A stretch of 64,000 nt of DNA, from positions 64,001-128,000 of IMG/VR virus record IMGVR_UViG_3300028591_000087. The stretch is one strand, 5' to 3'. Made by a program: the position numbers and the translations under genes. Below are positions 40,901-51,840 of the stretch, one piece after another (position 1 is the first letter of the stretch; each line of letters opens with the position of its first letter). Below the pieces are notes generated by a model. It saw only the letters and a list, made by a program, of their open reading frames with translations, was not told where the DNA came from and searched no databases. This stretch comes from a virus. Lineage: Duplodnaviria > Caudoviricetes.

Positions 40901-43900
40901 CTAAGAACGCATATGCTAACAAGTATCCATTCTATTTCACAACTTGGGATGGTAATGAAGATTTGAAAGATGTATGGCCTACATTTAATTATCCAGATCC
41001 ATTACCTTCTACTGCAACACAAGCTGAAAAGGATGCTTATGATGCGGCTTACTCCGCAGCAGAAGAGGCAGGTTGGGCAGCTTATAAAGAAGCAACCAAA
41101 GTTGCTACTGATGAGGGTATGACCGCTGGTTACAAGAAGTTAAAAAAGATTGATATTGGTAATGGAACACAAGAAACTAATTTCTGTTTCAAGGCAGATT
41201 ATATGGACAGTTCTTCCGCACACAATACTTCTTTAGCAAACTTCGTAACTGAATTGTGTAAATATAATGCTGATTTAACTTATCCTATTAAGAATTAGGT
41301 TGGTAATCCAGGTAACTGGAGATCTACTGTTTATGGCTTCCCAATGTTAGTATTCTGGGATCATAAAGGATAGAGCACTGCTCCTGAATTTGTTGGTCGC
41401 TATAACTTTAATACTGATAAGAGTGCTATTAGTTCTTTCGGTTTCAAAGTTGAAGAACCGCATAATTATTTACATGATGTAGATTATATTGGTTGGACTA
41501 CTGAAATCAATAATAAGGGTAAAAAAGTTGATGTAGTTAAGGTCATCCATGGTGATCCTACCTATGCTGATATTTGCGAATGTTGGGAATTAACTTCTAA
41601 CCAGCACGGTTTCACTGGTTTCCGCAGAAACGACTTTGATGCTGTTGATACAGATGGTAAGTTAGACTTCTATAACTTCTTCGAAAATCGTCAACATATC
41701 GCTGATTTCGATCCAGCAGATATTTATGACGAAGAATCTGATATTACAGTTGCAAATCAGAAATTGAGATTATATGCTAATAATATCATCGATTTGTCTA
41801 AATGGATTTATTCTACTGATATCCATCCTTGGGATGGTGAAGGCTCTGAATCTTATGACGCTTCTGATACAACACATCATAAGTTGACTGCAATATCTGA
41901 CTCTTCTCAGATTCGTTATAGAATTATTAATGAGACAGAGGAAGAAGTTACTGAATTTGCTTTACTTAGAGACTACTATACAGTAGCAGGAACTAAGTGT
42001 ACTTTAGTACAGCCTAAGCAGTTCAAGATTACTAAGTCGACAGTAGATGATGTGACAACATATATCGTAACCATTTATGAACTCGATGCAAATGAAGACG
42101 TAACAGAAACTGCAATTCCTGCAAGCCGTTTGTGGGTTGATGAGATTAACGCTACACTTGATACACCTGCATTCTACCTCACTCGTGACGAAGAACCAGA
42201 TGTTGAATGGCTTGGCGCAAATCACGATCAGCGCAGAGTAAATAAGACTTATTATAGCGCACCGGATGAACAACATCCAATTCCAGAAACTTGGTACAAA
42301 CGTGTTGAAATCACGACTGAAAACAAGGTTTGGGATGATGACGCTAATAATGGTCAGGGTGGTTATGTTGGCACTGGTCAGTTCACTGTTGTTGGTTATA
42401 CAACAAAGATCGAAGATGAGACTGGTAAAGTATATGACATTGATAAGGTTTATGAAGAATATGTAAAAGATACAAAAGCATATCGTCTTGCTAAGTATCG
42501 TGCAGAATTCAGTGAACACTTGAATTTTGCATATTGTGCATTCTACTTCATCTTAACCGAGTTTATGATCCTTTACGATTCTCGTGAAAAGAATATGATG
42601 ATCGCTACCTGGGGTCCTGAGAAGCCAGGTGGTAGTTATATTTGGTACCCTATCTTCTACGATATGGATACTCAGTTAGGTATTAATAACTCTGGTACAG
42701 TATTCTGGGATTATGATGTTAATGCTCAAGACGATGGTTTGTTCTCTGGTGCTGGTTCAGTATTGTGGGACAACTTCTATGCTTGCTTTATTGATGAGAT
42801 TAAAGCTTTCTATCGTAAGATGCGTAGCTCTGGTCACTTCAATCTTGATGAATGTATTAAGTATTATAATACTCAGAGTGCAGATCGTTGGACACCAATT
42901 ATGAAGAACATTGATGCTTTCTATAAGTATGTTGCTCCTTCTATTGATGCTCCTGGTTTACGTTATGTTACTAAACAGGGTGACGAAGCAATTACAGCTT
43001 CTTTCTTCTATTGCGCGCAGGGTGATAGAACATTAAACCGTTCCGCTTTCTTCCGCAATAGATTCAACTATAAAGACTCTGAATGGCTCGGTGGTTCTTA
43101 TCAGACCCAGGGCGGTAAGAATATTGAAATGCGTTATGATGCTAACTCTAATGCCTCTGGTAAGACTTCTGATCCAGATGCAGCCGCAAGAGAAGGTGGC
43201 ATTGGCGCGAGCATTATTCCAAAAGCAGAACATCCAGAGTTAGAATCTAATGCAACATTTGATATTAAGCCTTATTTAACACAGTATATTTCTGTATATT
43301 ATGATGAACTTCCTCGTGAAGGTGGACGTTATGATATTCAGTTTGAGCCTACTGTTGATGTAAGCGGTGTGGCTTCCGCATCTACAAAGTTGCATTATCC
43401 AAAGAACTGGCAAAATGTTAAGAAAGACGGTTTCATTACTGTTGATCCATTACCAGCAATTCAAGAGACTATTGATTCCGGCTTAGAGTTATCTCAACAG
43501 TTGGTTTATATCTATGGTCCTGAATATATCCGCGATCTTGGCGATTTAAGCTTGAAATACTTAGACCGTTTCTTCTGCGGTGATGCTATTCGTTTGAATA
43601 GATTGGTAATTGGTAATGATAATCCATTGTATAAGAACGATGGTATGTCTGGTGCTTTCTCTCTTGATACTTCTTATTATAGCTCATTTGTCGGCGAAGA
43701 TGGTACTAAGAAATTGAATCCAAACGCTAAGGCATTGTTACAGTACATCGATTTAAGTAACTTGGGTGGCTTATCCGGTGGTCTTGACTTGTCTGGTTGC
43801 TTGAAGTTGAATACTTTGAAAGCACGCGGTACCAATTATAGTGGTATTACAGTACCAGAAGGTAACGTTATCGAAACCTTATACTTGCCAGCTTCTACTC

Positions 43901-46320
43901 AGTCTTTTGTACAGATCCAGGCTCAGAAACTTAATAAAGTTATCAGAAATGCTAACTTGGCAAGTGACTATGAGCAAAAGAAAGTTGGATCTACTCAGGC
44001 TGTCGGCTTGTTTATTGAAAAACTTACTGATCGTATGAATGTAAGTAGAGATGCTGATATTTATGATGTTTACACTTCCGCAGGTAGTGAAGAAACTCAT
44101 AAGAGTGCAATTGCTTCTTATATTACCAGCGATCCTAATTATAATTCTACTACTCCTTCTGAGTCCGATTATATGACTCATATTGATACATTCAATATTG
44201 AAGGTGGTAAGTTAGGATTTATTTCATATGAACTTCTTGACTATATCTTAAAGCAAAAGATTAAGGCTCGTTATGATTCTGCTATTAAGAATGATACACC
44301 AAACTTAAAACTTCGTTTATTAGATGTAGCTTGGACTCCATATGAAAAGATTGATAGTGCTTATGAAGATGATCGCGGCTATACCGATAATCAATACTTC
44401 ATTAGAACTGACAAATTAACTTATGAACCATTACCAGCAAGTACAACATTTGAATATGCAAATCAGAACTTGGGTGGCATCTATCGTAAGACTGATAATC
44501 GCTTAAGTATTGATGGTACTGCTAACAATGTTGCTGAAGGTATTCCAAATCTTAAGATGCTTAAGATGTTTGTATCTGATTTTAATAATGCAAATCGTAC
44601 AAATACAAATCCTAATAACTTGTATCTTGTTCGTGATACCTATATTCCAGATAACCTCGCTAAGAGATTACCTCTTATCGGTGGTGAAATATATGTTGAT
44701 AATGATGAAGCTATTAGTGAATATGAGTTGTATAATTTAGCTCTTACATTTACGACAGAAGTTCTTAAGATGGACCCAGACGCAACTCCATTAACAATCT
44801 GCGCAAAAACAGTAACTGAGTGCCCTCGCGCAAAGTTTATTGAAATTGAAGCAGGTGCTGGTGACGCTGATGCTGATGGTATAAAGGCTAATGGTACTCA
44901 AAAAACAATTGCTACTTATCGTAGTAATGATGCAAATGCTGATGTTGAAATTCCTACAGACTTGATTCGTAATGACTATGACTTCCGTGGTTGGGCAACT
45001 TACGAAGCAATTCAAGAGTATCAAGATTCTAACAAACCATTCTTGTCAGTTGATGGCAATGGTGTTGTATTAAGCAATACTGGTGGTGTTGTTGCAACTG
45101 ATAGTCCAATCCTTGAACATTTAGCTGTTACAATTGATATGACAACTCGTGAGCGCACTTACGCTGATGACGCTTCTTCATTGAAGTTTGGCGCAACTCC
45201 TACAACATATTATGCAATCTTTACATTACATAAATATGAAGTAAGATATATCTTAGATAAGGATGCATATGATTTATCAGAAGGTGCAGATCCTAATTCT
45301 TATGAATCAGTATTAGTTCCTTCTAATGCTTATATTGATGCTTATCCACCAGAACATATTCCTTATTTCCATAATGATACATTACCTATTGGACAGATGC
45401 ATAAGTTCCTTGGTTGGGGCATCTCAACTGACTTAAAGCCTCGTTCATTACACTACGCAATTCGTAAGGACGTTGTGTTCTATCCATTCTACTCTGTAGT
45501 TAATGCATATAAAGAACCATTAGACGCTAATTACTTTGATTGGACAGTAGTCAATGGTGGTGTAGTAATTTATGGTATGAAATACCATGTCGGTGGACGT
45601 ATCTGTATCCCTAAGATGATTAATAATCTTCCAGTAACTCAAATCCTTGGTTCTTTCTACAAGATCGCTACAAATAGTTACACTTCTGAAGTAATTCAGG
45701 GTGCATCTCCTGCGGCTAGAACTAAGGTTGAAGGTAATGGTTTACAATCTAACTTGGAGATTGAGCATGTATACTTTGAAGGTGCAAATGATGGAACCTG
45801 TAATTTACAGGCAATTGGTCAGTATGCATTCTTCTATGCATGGTACTTAAAGTATGTTGATCTTCCAGATTCCTTAACTTAGATTGATACTTATGCTTTC
45901 GCAAGATGTGGTTACATTGGATATGCTAACTTAAATAATGTAAGAAACATTGGTCAGTATGCATTCACTTGTACTAATACTGCTAACTATGACCGTGAAA
46001 GTGGATCTTATGTTGGCGACCATGTTGACATCATCTATATTGATGGTGATACTAACATTGGTGCTGGCGCATTTAACGGTGTTGGTTATCGTCAGATTAT
46101 AATCGGTAGTGAAGGTAAGCCTTCTTCTAAATCAAGTTATAACTTGGTTAGTGCAGGCGCTGGTCAATTCTTCCATACTGGCAATCCTTATGGTGATACC
46201 TTACCTTTCCCTGAGTTGGTTAGATTGTACAGTTCTGTATTAGGTCCGTCTAGCACGGGTGTATCTAGAATGGTACAGTCTCCAATCGAACTTTCTGTTA
46301 TTACAGTTGCACAAAGCTAA
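37963..46320 (+). CDS. Giant virion protein (~2,785 aa): anchor, Ig-like, LamG-like, CotH-kinase-like, LRR, B-repeats and BspA-type LRR
   Basis: Four track ORFs plus a C-terminal tail, joined by five TAGs (40108, 40477, 41296, 41371, 45880). Motifs QGTSSQGYPRRNYK, FKADYMDSS, FVGRYNFNTDK, YDSREKNM, WYPIFYDMDTQLG and LPDSLTQIDTYAF; ends at TAA 46318-46320. Confidence 0.8.
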
Positions 46321-46331
46321 GGAGAATCAAT

Positions 46332-46544
46332 ATGATTAAGAATACACTTTATCGTTACCTCGGCACAAACGGAGTAATTGAGTCTCCTGTGCATCTTGAG
46401 GATATTTATTATGTCCGTATAGTACAGTTGATTGCGGAAGGCCGCAATCAACTTACTGACGGTGAGAAATACGTTAAGACAATTACAGTGCCTGAAGACG
46501 AAGTCTCTAAATGGCACGAAATTCCTTTGGGCGTAAATAACTAA
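46332..46544 (+). CDS. Small protein coupled to the giant LRR protein (possible chaperone)
   Basis: 70-aa ORF with AAGGAG RBS, followed by a terminator. Confidence 0.65.
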   Translation: MIKNTLYRYLGTNGVIESPVHLEDIYYVRIVQLIAEGRNQLTDGEKYVKTITVPEDEVSKWHEIPLGVNN

Positions 46545-46579
46545 ATAATATAGGACGTTTTTTATATTATTTAGAAGCT

Positions 46580-46607
46580 TGGGGCTTCTTCGGAAGCCCC
46601 ATTTTTT
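46580..46607 (+). terminator. Rho-independent terminator
   Basis: TGGGGCTTC-TTCG-GAAGCCCCA-TTTTTT. Confidence 0.9.
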
Positions 46608-46628
46608 GTGTAAAAGGAGAGAATAATC

Positions 46629-47102
46629 ATGGCAACAGTAATTGTTGATGCGAAACCCACAATGAGGGCAATAGGAATCAATGGTAGTTCTCAAGTCAAC
46701 ATCGAAGAAGTTGAATGGTGCCTTGAGAACTCTCTTACAAAAGATACCGACGTGTATGCTATAATACAAGGTCGGAAATCTCGCTTATATGATATTGTGC
46801 GATTGGTTGGCGGACAACCTTACGATAAACTTCATACTATTTATAAGATTTATCCAGATCAAAATCTTAGAATAAATGACGAACAGGTACTTGTTAAATT
46901 AATGATACTTGATCGTGGGAAGACAGGACAGCGTACTACTAACTCCATTGCGTTTATCCTTGAAACTGATAATTACGCATTAGCACGTTAGACCGCAATC
47001 GCGCACGAACTTGGCCTCACATTAGATCGCTATTATGAGGCACTTACTCTAATGCTTAACGAATTAAAGAAAGGGGATATCGTTGATGATAACGAAAGTT
47101 AA
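46629..47102 (+). CDS. Hypothetical protein (157 aa)
   Basis: Track ORF extended through TAG 46989 to TAA 47100-47102, overlapping the next start. Confidence 0.65.
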
Positions 47103-48843
47103 TGGCAATAACTATGAAGAGTTATTCCGTGCGGCTGAAGTGCAATTAGGCAAGCCAACTGGTAGTATTGATACTATTCACGCTTATCTTGACGCCATTT
47201 CCGCAATCAATGTACGTAAAGACTCTAACAACTATAATCTTTTAAGATTACCAGTTGAAGCAGATGAACCTCTCTTCGTAATTGATGCTAATACTCGTGA
47301 AATTAAGATTCCAGACGTATTCAAACAGAATGGTTTGACCATCCAGGGCGATATGCTTGCTGAAATCGTTTATTTCAAAATGGCTCGTTTCTTCGATATG
47401 ATGGACTTATATCGTTTCAGAAATGACAACTTCGATGGTACTACTCATATGGGCGCACACGCTTATATTGAATGGTACAATCCTTCCGCGAAAGCAGAAG
47501 AATATCAGAAGGGTGTAGACTTAGCATACGCAATGACCTGCGATGATGACTACATTTATTTCGGATGGCCTCTTGCTGATAAGGTTTCTGGTGAAGCAGG
47601 TAATATTCAGTTTACCGTTCGTTTCCTTGAGATCGAAGGCGACGAGATTATTTATAACTATTCTACTAAGATTGCAAGTTGTGAAATTAAGACAACTTTG
47701 AATTTTGATATTAAAGATGGCGGATTGAAAATTGACTCTTATGAAGATTTGCTTTATAACCGCGCAATTTATTCTTCTGTTATCAACTCTATTGAATCTC
47801 CAGCTGCTATTCTCTTGAAGGGTATTGAAACTGGCATTTATGATATGACTAAGACAATTGAGGAATATGACACCGGAGCAATTGATGAAAATGAAGATCC
47901 AATTATGGGAGAAAGAGAAGTATGGAATCTTGATATTCCTGTTGTAGCTACTGTTTCTTCTGCTATTGGAACTAATCCTAATACTGGTGAGCCTTTGACT
48001 CAGACCTTAACCTTCCAGTGGTATCGTAATGACTTACAGCTTCCTGCTTCTGAAATTCCTGCTCGTGTTACTACTGGTAACGCTCCTGCAGAATATGAAG
48101 ATGAAAAAGCAAAACAGTCTGTATTCCACGCAAATAAAGTTGGTCGTTACACAGTTTATATCGGCAACCAGATCGAAGGTAAAAACAATGTTCGTTATAT
48201 CTACACTGGTACCGTTACTATCCCTGGTCCAGAAGCAGTTGTTATGGACCGTTCTGGTATCTCTGATAAGGGCTATGTTGGTAAGGTAGTATTAACTGCG
48301 GGTGTAGCCAATACAGTTTCTCAGTTAAATCCTGTATATACTTGGTATAAGTATGTTGATGGTGAAGCAGTAGAAATTCCTGGCGTAACTGGTGCTACTT
48401 ACACTCCTACAGACGAGGGTGTATACTTTGCGCACGTAAAAAACTTACGTAATGGCGAAGAGACTGGCGATTCTGACGCTTCCTTCTCTCAAGAGTCTGA
48501 TGTACGTATGGCTCCACAGAGACTTACTAGCTTGACTCTTGATTATAACGCTCAGGGTAAATATTTCGTATGTACTGCAACCCATGCTTATGCAGGACAT
48601 AAGATTCACTACACTTGGTATCGTTTGGATCCTAAGACTCTTGAACAGTCTATCATCAAGGATGAATTGACTGGTACTCAGAGTGAATTTGAGCCAACAC
48701 AGCCTGGTAACTACTATGTATATGCTCGTGAAGTAGTATTTGATGATGATCCAATTCTTCGGACTGAAGCTTCTGCATCTGATCGTTCTACTTCTAATGA
48801 AATTCAGCTTGATGAAAATTTACAGCAGATCGTTGGTGAATAA
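47086..48843 (+). CDS. BppU-like baseplate protein with C-terminal Ig-like domains
   Basis: FVIDANTREIKIP...IQGDMLAEIVYFK..RFFDMMDL; repeated YTWY...GxYxV Ig-like segments; no TAG. Confidence 0.7.
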   Translation: MITKVNGNNYEELFRAAEVQLGKPTGSIDTIHAYLDAISAINVRKDSNNYNLLRLPVEADEPLFVIDANTREIKIPDVFKQNGLTIQGDMLAEIVYFKMARFFDMMDLYRFRNDNFDGTTHMGAHAYIEWYNPSAKAEEYQKGVDLAYAMTCDDDYIYFGWPLADKVSGEAGNIQFTVRFLEIEGDEIIYNYSTKIASCEIKTTLNFDIKDGGLKIDSYEDLLYNRAIYSSVINSIESPAAILLKGIETGIYDMTKTIEEYDTGAIDENEDPIMGEREVWNLDIPVVATVSSAIGTNPNTGEPLTQTLTFQWYRNDLQLPASEIPARVTTGNAPAEYEDEKAKQSVFHANKVGRYTVYIGNQIEGKNNVRYIYTGTVTIPGPEAVVMDRSGISDKGYVGKVVLTAGVANTVSQLNPVYTWYKYVDGEAVEIPGVTGATYTPTDEGVYFAHVKNLRNGEETGDSDASFSQESDVRMAPQRLTSLTLDYNAQGKYFVCTATHAYAGHKIHYTWYRLDPKTLEQSIIKDELTGTQSEFEPTQPGNYYVYAREVVFDDDPILRTEASASDRSTSNEIQLDENLQQIVGE

Positions 48844-48865
48844 TCTTTAAAGGAGGGAGCTACAG

Positions 48866-49522
48866 ATGGCTGATACTGAATTATACGATGAATATTATCA
48901 ACAGCATCCATATTACGCTCTTTTAAGACAGATCCAAGATAAAACAATTGCTGTAAATACTCAGAAAAATCTTTTATCTGTAAATTTGTTCAAGATTGAT
49001 CTGGATACACGTGAAATTATTGCTCCACCTGGTTATACCGAGTTTATCGGTATAACCGGTGAGCACAAATCTGAGACAATCACATTCCAGGTTGACCGGT
49101 ATTATGAAGATATTGATCTTGCGAATATGACGATTGTTGTTGAATACGTCAACGCAGATGGCGAAGGAAGAGTGTCTCCAATAGTATTGAGAGATTATGA
49201 TACTTTCCCAGATCAAATTCTTTTTGACTGGATTATAGACGCGGGAATGACAAAATCCGCAGGTATTGTTTATTTCGATGTACGTTTTTATATGGTTGGC
49301 GACTCAGTAGATGGAAACCCTGAAAACCGTCCATTGGTTTATAGTTTGCGCACAAAACCATTTACTTCAAACGTTATTGATACTTTACCTCTTGATCCAG
49401 ACGAATTTGAAGAACAATATCGTGATGCTTTTGCGGATCAATTAGACGCTTTAATTGGCGCCACCGCAAATTTAGAAACTAAAATTGAAAATAAAGAATT
49501 ATATTGGATAGATATTGTATAA
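48866..49522 (+). CDS. BppU-like baseplate protein (paralogue of the preceding N-terminal domain)
   Basis: FKIDLDTREII...GEHKSETITFQVDRYYEDIDL...FDVRFY. Confidence 0.7.
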   Translation: MADTELYDEYYQQHPYYALLRQIQDKTIAVNTQKNLLSVNLFKIDLDTREIIAPPGYTEFIGITGEHKSETITFQVDRYYEDIDLANMTIVVEYVNADGEGRVSPIVLRDYDTFPDQILFDWIIDAGMTKSAGIVYFDVRFYMVGDSVDGNPENRPLVYSLRTKPFTSNVIDTLPLDPDEFEEQYRDAFADQLDALIGATANLETKIENKELYWIDIV

Positions 49523-49534
49523 GGAGGGTAACAT

Positions 49535-51817
49535 ATGCCAAGTAATCCAGTCGTAAAATTAAAACGGGGTTCATATAGTACCTTATCAAGCTATCCTACT
49601 ATTGATGGCACTTTATATTTTGGAGTCGATGCAACTCCAACTTTATAGCAGTCTGAAAAAGGCGATAATGCGGCTTACAATTTATTCGTGTTGGACATGG
49701 ATGATGGTACTGGTAGTATAATTCGTAAAACCCTTGATGGTTATCGCGCATTATATGCAAAAGAAGCTGGAACAGCTGATTCCGCAGCCATTTGGTCTTC
49801 TTCTTCAGTATTTAAAATTCAAGATAATGACGGCACAAATACAGAAGCCAGTGGTGTTTCTGTTAATGGTAGCGCAGCCACTTATACATTAAAATTACCA
49901 GCAACTATTAAGGCTTCTATCACTGGTAATTTGACTGGTACTGCTGATAAAGCTAAACAGTTAGTCAATGGTAGTGGTACAGCATATAGTATTGGTTCTT
50001 CTACAAAACCTGTTTACTTCTCTAATGGTGTTCCTGTTGCAGTAGACAGTGTTGATGCAACCGCTACAGCAGCTGATAAGTGGTCTTCTCCAAAAGTTTT
50101 CCGCATTGAAGACAGTGCAACTACACCTCATAAAGGCGCAGATGTTAGCGTTGATGGTTCTAATGCAACTTATGTTTTAAAGTTACCTGCTACAATTCAG
50201 GCTTCATTAAGTGGTACTGCTACTAATGCTACTAAGTTAGTAAATAGTAGTAATGGGGCTGCTTATACTGTTGGTGATACAACACAACCTATTTACTTTA
50301 ATAATGGTGTTCCTACTGTTATGGGTACCACGCTTGGTTCTAGTGGTACTAATGGTGTATCTTGGACTGTTTATGGTACTTTAATGGGTACTGCTACAAA
50401 AGCAGAATCCTTAGCTTTAACTCAAAAAGTCGGCGACACTAATCGCCCAGTATTCTTTAGTGCTGAAGGTTTACCAGTTGCAGTTACTAGTTTAGATGCT
50501 TCTTTAATTAGTGGTACAATTAGTGCTGATAACTTACCAGCCAGCGTTAAAGAACGTATGATTGTTGTTGCTGATGAAGCAGCAATGAAGGCATTAAGTG
50601 ATGCTAATGCTCAGGAAGGTGACACAGTTCGTCTTTCTGGCACTGGTTCGGATAAATCTTTATATTATATTGTATCCAAGAGTGCAACTTCACTTCCTTC
50701 TGATACAATTACTGGTACAAACTTCAAATTCGTTCCATATAGCGCAGGTAGTGCGGCCCATGCAGATAATGCAACAACTGCAGATACATTATCTTCAGCT
50801 AAGTCCTTCTCCATTACTGGCGGTGTTGCTACATCTAATAGTATTAGTTTCAATGGTAGTGGTAATGTTGCATTAAGTGTAACCACTTTAGCTCTTGGTA
50901 GCTTTACTTCTATTACTGGTCAGTTAGGTTATGCAAATGGTGGTACTGGATTTAGTTCATACACCAAGGGCGATATGATCTATGCTAGTGCTAATAACAC
51001 TTTATCTAAGTTGGCTATTGGCACTACTGGTCAGATTATGACAGCAAACAATGGCATCCCTACTTGGACAGACACAAGTGATATTACTGATGTTGGTTCT
51101 GCTCAACAGTTATCAGTTACTAAGACAATTAACGGCACAGGCTTCAATGGTACTGGCAATATTGTTACTGCTACTTGGGGTACTGCGCGCACAATTACAA
51201 TTTCTGACAAGGATGGAACAAATACTGAATCTACTGCTAACATCAATGGTGGTTCAGACTTCACATTAAAATTACCTGCAACTATTAAAGCTACTTTAGC
51301 TGGTAAAGCTAATACTGCTGGTACTGCAGATAAAGTCGCTAATGCATTAACATTATCTTACACTAATGTTGGTGGTGCTTCTTCTACTGCTGTTACATTC
51401 GATGGTAGTCAAAATAGTGCAGCCTTTACAGTTAGCGCAGATAATTTGTTCTATAAGTTCACTGCAACTAAAACATTTAGCTCAGCCGTTACTGCCGGAA
51501 CCTGGACTGCGATTGGCACTCCAACTGGTATGTCAACAGGCACATATATTGTACAAATTGCTACAAATAATGCAACCTTTAATGTTGAATTGTTTAGTGG
51601 CGTAATGAGTTTCTCTTCTGAAACTTGCGAAAATGTTTCTACCGCAACAGATAGTCATGAAGTTATTCTTCATGCTTGCGGAAAGAATGCTAAGACTCAT
51701 AATATCTTCTTACGTACACGTAGAGTACAGAATAATAAGGTTGTTATTGAGTTCTCTGCTGACGTAGGATTTACTACAAGCGATCAGCTTACATTTACAT
51801 TCAGAAGAATGATTTAA
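49535..51817 (+). CDS. Tail fibre protein (760 aa)
   Basis: ATG after AAGGAGG; single TAG at 49646; Ser/Thr/Gly-rich with three LKLPATIxA and three GxxxxPxYF/FF repeats. Confidence 0.8.
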
Positions 51818-51840
51818 TAGATAAAAAGGAGTGATTTCAT

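Noticed and set aside
51815-51820. TAA-TAG tandem after the fibre gene as evidence that TAG still terminates
   Set aside because: TAA comes first, so the TAG is never decoded; uninformative.
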